From Nitrosopumilaceae archaeon (GTDB lineage Archaea; Thermoproteota; Nitrososphaeria; Nitrososphaerales; Nitrosopumilaceae), in contig OZ242274.1 in NCBI GenBank assembly GCA_965207375.1, forward strand, positions 2,016,001 to 2,080,000: 64,000 bases of DNA. Reading direction: 5' to 3'. This document shows, piece by piece, positions 63,581 through 64,000 of the stretch. The translations under genes and the position numbers were made by a program. Within the stretch, counting starts at the first letter, position 1; every line of letters starts with the position of its first letter. The notes beneath the pieces were generated by a model, which was not told the DNA's origin, made no database searches, and saw only the letters and a program-made list of their open reading frames with translations.

Positions 63581-64000
63581 TTATGATCTATCCTGAATGC
63601 GCCTTTGCATTCTAGTTTTTCCGTCTTCAAATTTTTGTCTGTCTTTGTCAGTTTTGAGAATCAATTCAGGCACAGCTGAGGGTTTTCCATCAGGACCTAA
63701 GGCCACCAATGTAACATATGCCGTACCTGTAACGGTTCTTGTTGCTTTTTCCATATCTTCGGCCTCAACTTTGATCTCAACTTCCATAGAAGAGCGATGA
63801 ACATATGTCAATCTAGCATTAAGTATCAACGCATTTCCAACAAAAACAGGTTTGAGAAAATTAACTTGATCCATGCTAGCAGTTACAGTATTTTTTTGAC
63901 AGTGTCGTTGGCCTACTAGTCCTGCTACCAAATCAATTTGTTTCAAGATTTCACCACCAAACACATTTCCTGCAGGATTTGCATCAGATGGTAAAGTTCT
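63581..64000 (-). CDS. Acyl-CoA thioesterase (hotdog fold), 5'-partial
   Basis: Frame open to the window end: PSDANPAGNVFGG.IL..ID, VTAS.D...F..P...G, SSMEV. Confidence 0.9.
   Translation of the reverse strand, partial: RTLPSDANPAGNVFGGEILKQIDLVAGLVGQRHCQKNTVTASMDQVNFLKPVFVGNALILNARLTYVHRSSMEVEIKVEAEDMEKATRTVTGTAYVTLVALGPDGKPSAVPELILKTDKDRQKFEDGKTRMQRRIQDRS

Noticed and set aside
63346-63630. 94-aa minus-strand ORF
   Set aside because: Overlaps both neighbours and has atypical composition; likely spurious.

Overview
Chromosomal segment of an ammonia-oxidising archaeon of the Nitrosopumilaceae. This is inferred from the gene set: TBP, SUI1, Sec61beta, CofC/CofD, Tsr3, PIN-ATPase-KH, archaeal-type AspRS and a Nitrosopumilus-type S-layer gene. 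The accessory content suggests a host-associated, possibly sponge-symbiotic lineage (inference only). Most of the window is core genes plus RNase P RNA and tRNA-Pro(UGG). Four accessory zones stand out. (1) 4.7-8.9 kb: a secreted MORN-like gene broken by a 46-bp insert between 22-bp direct repeats and by an in-frame TGA, an IS630 transposase, and a fragment with two copies of an unrecognised ~65-aa helical domain. (2) 19.5-22.3 kb: a secreted Ig-repeat protein with three more copies of that domain and an 87-residue polyQ tract. (3) 32.2-34.0 kb: a transposase-less composite element bounded by inverted ~97-bp MITEs with an 8-bp direct repeat, carrying two hicBA modules. (4) 41.1-50.8 kb: a 2763-aa S-layer protein with a ~1250-aa internal cassette of two periplasmic-binding-protein-like domains around four Ig/cadherin-like domains, followed by two paralogous Lys/Tyr-rich 15-residue-repeat proteins and a small acidic peptide. 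All family calls come from motif recognition by eye; no searches were run.
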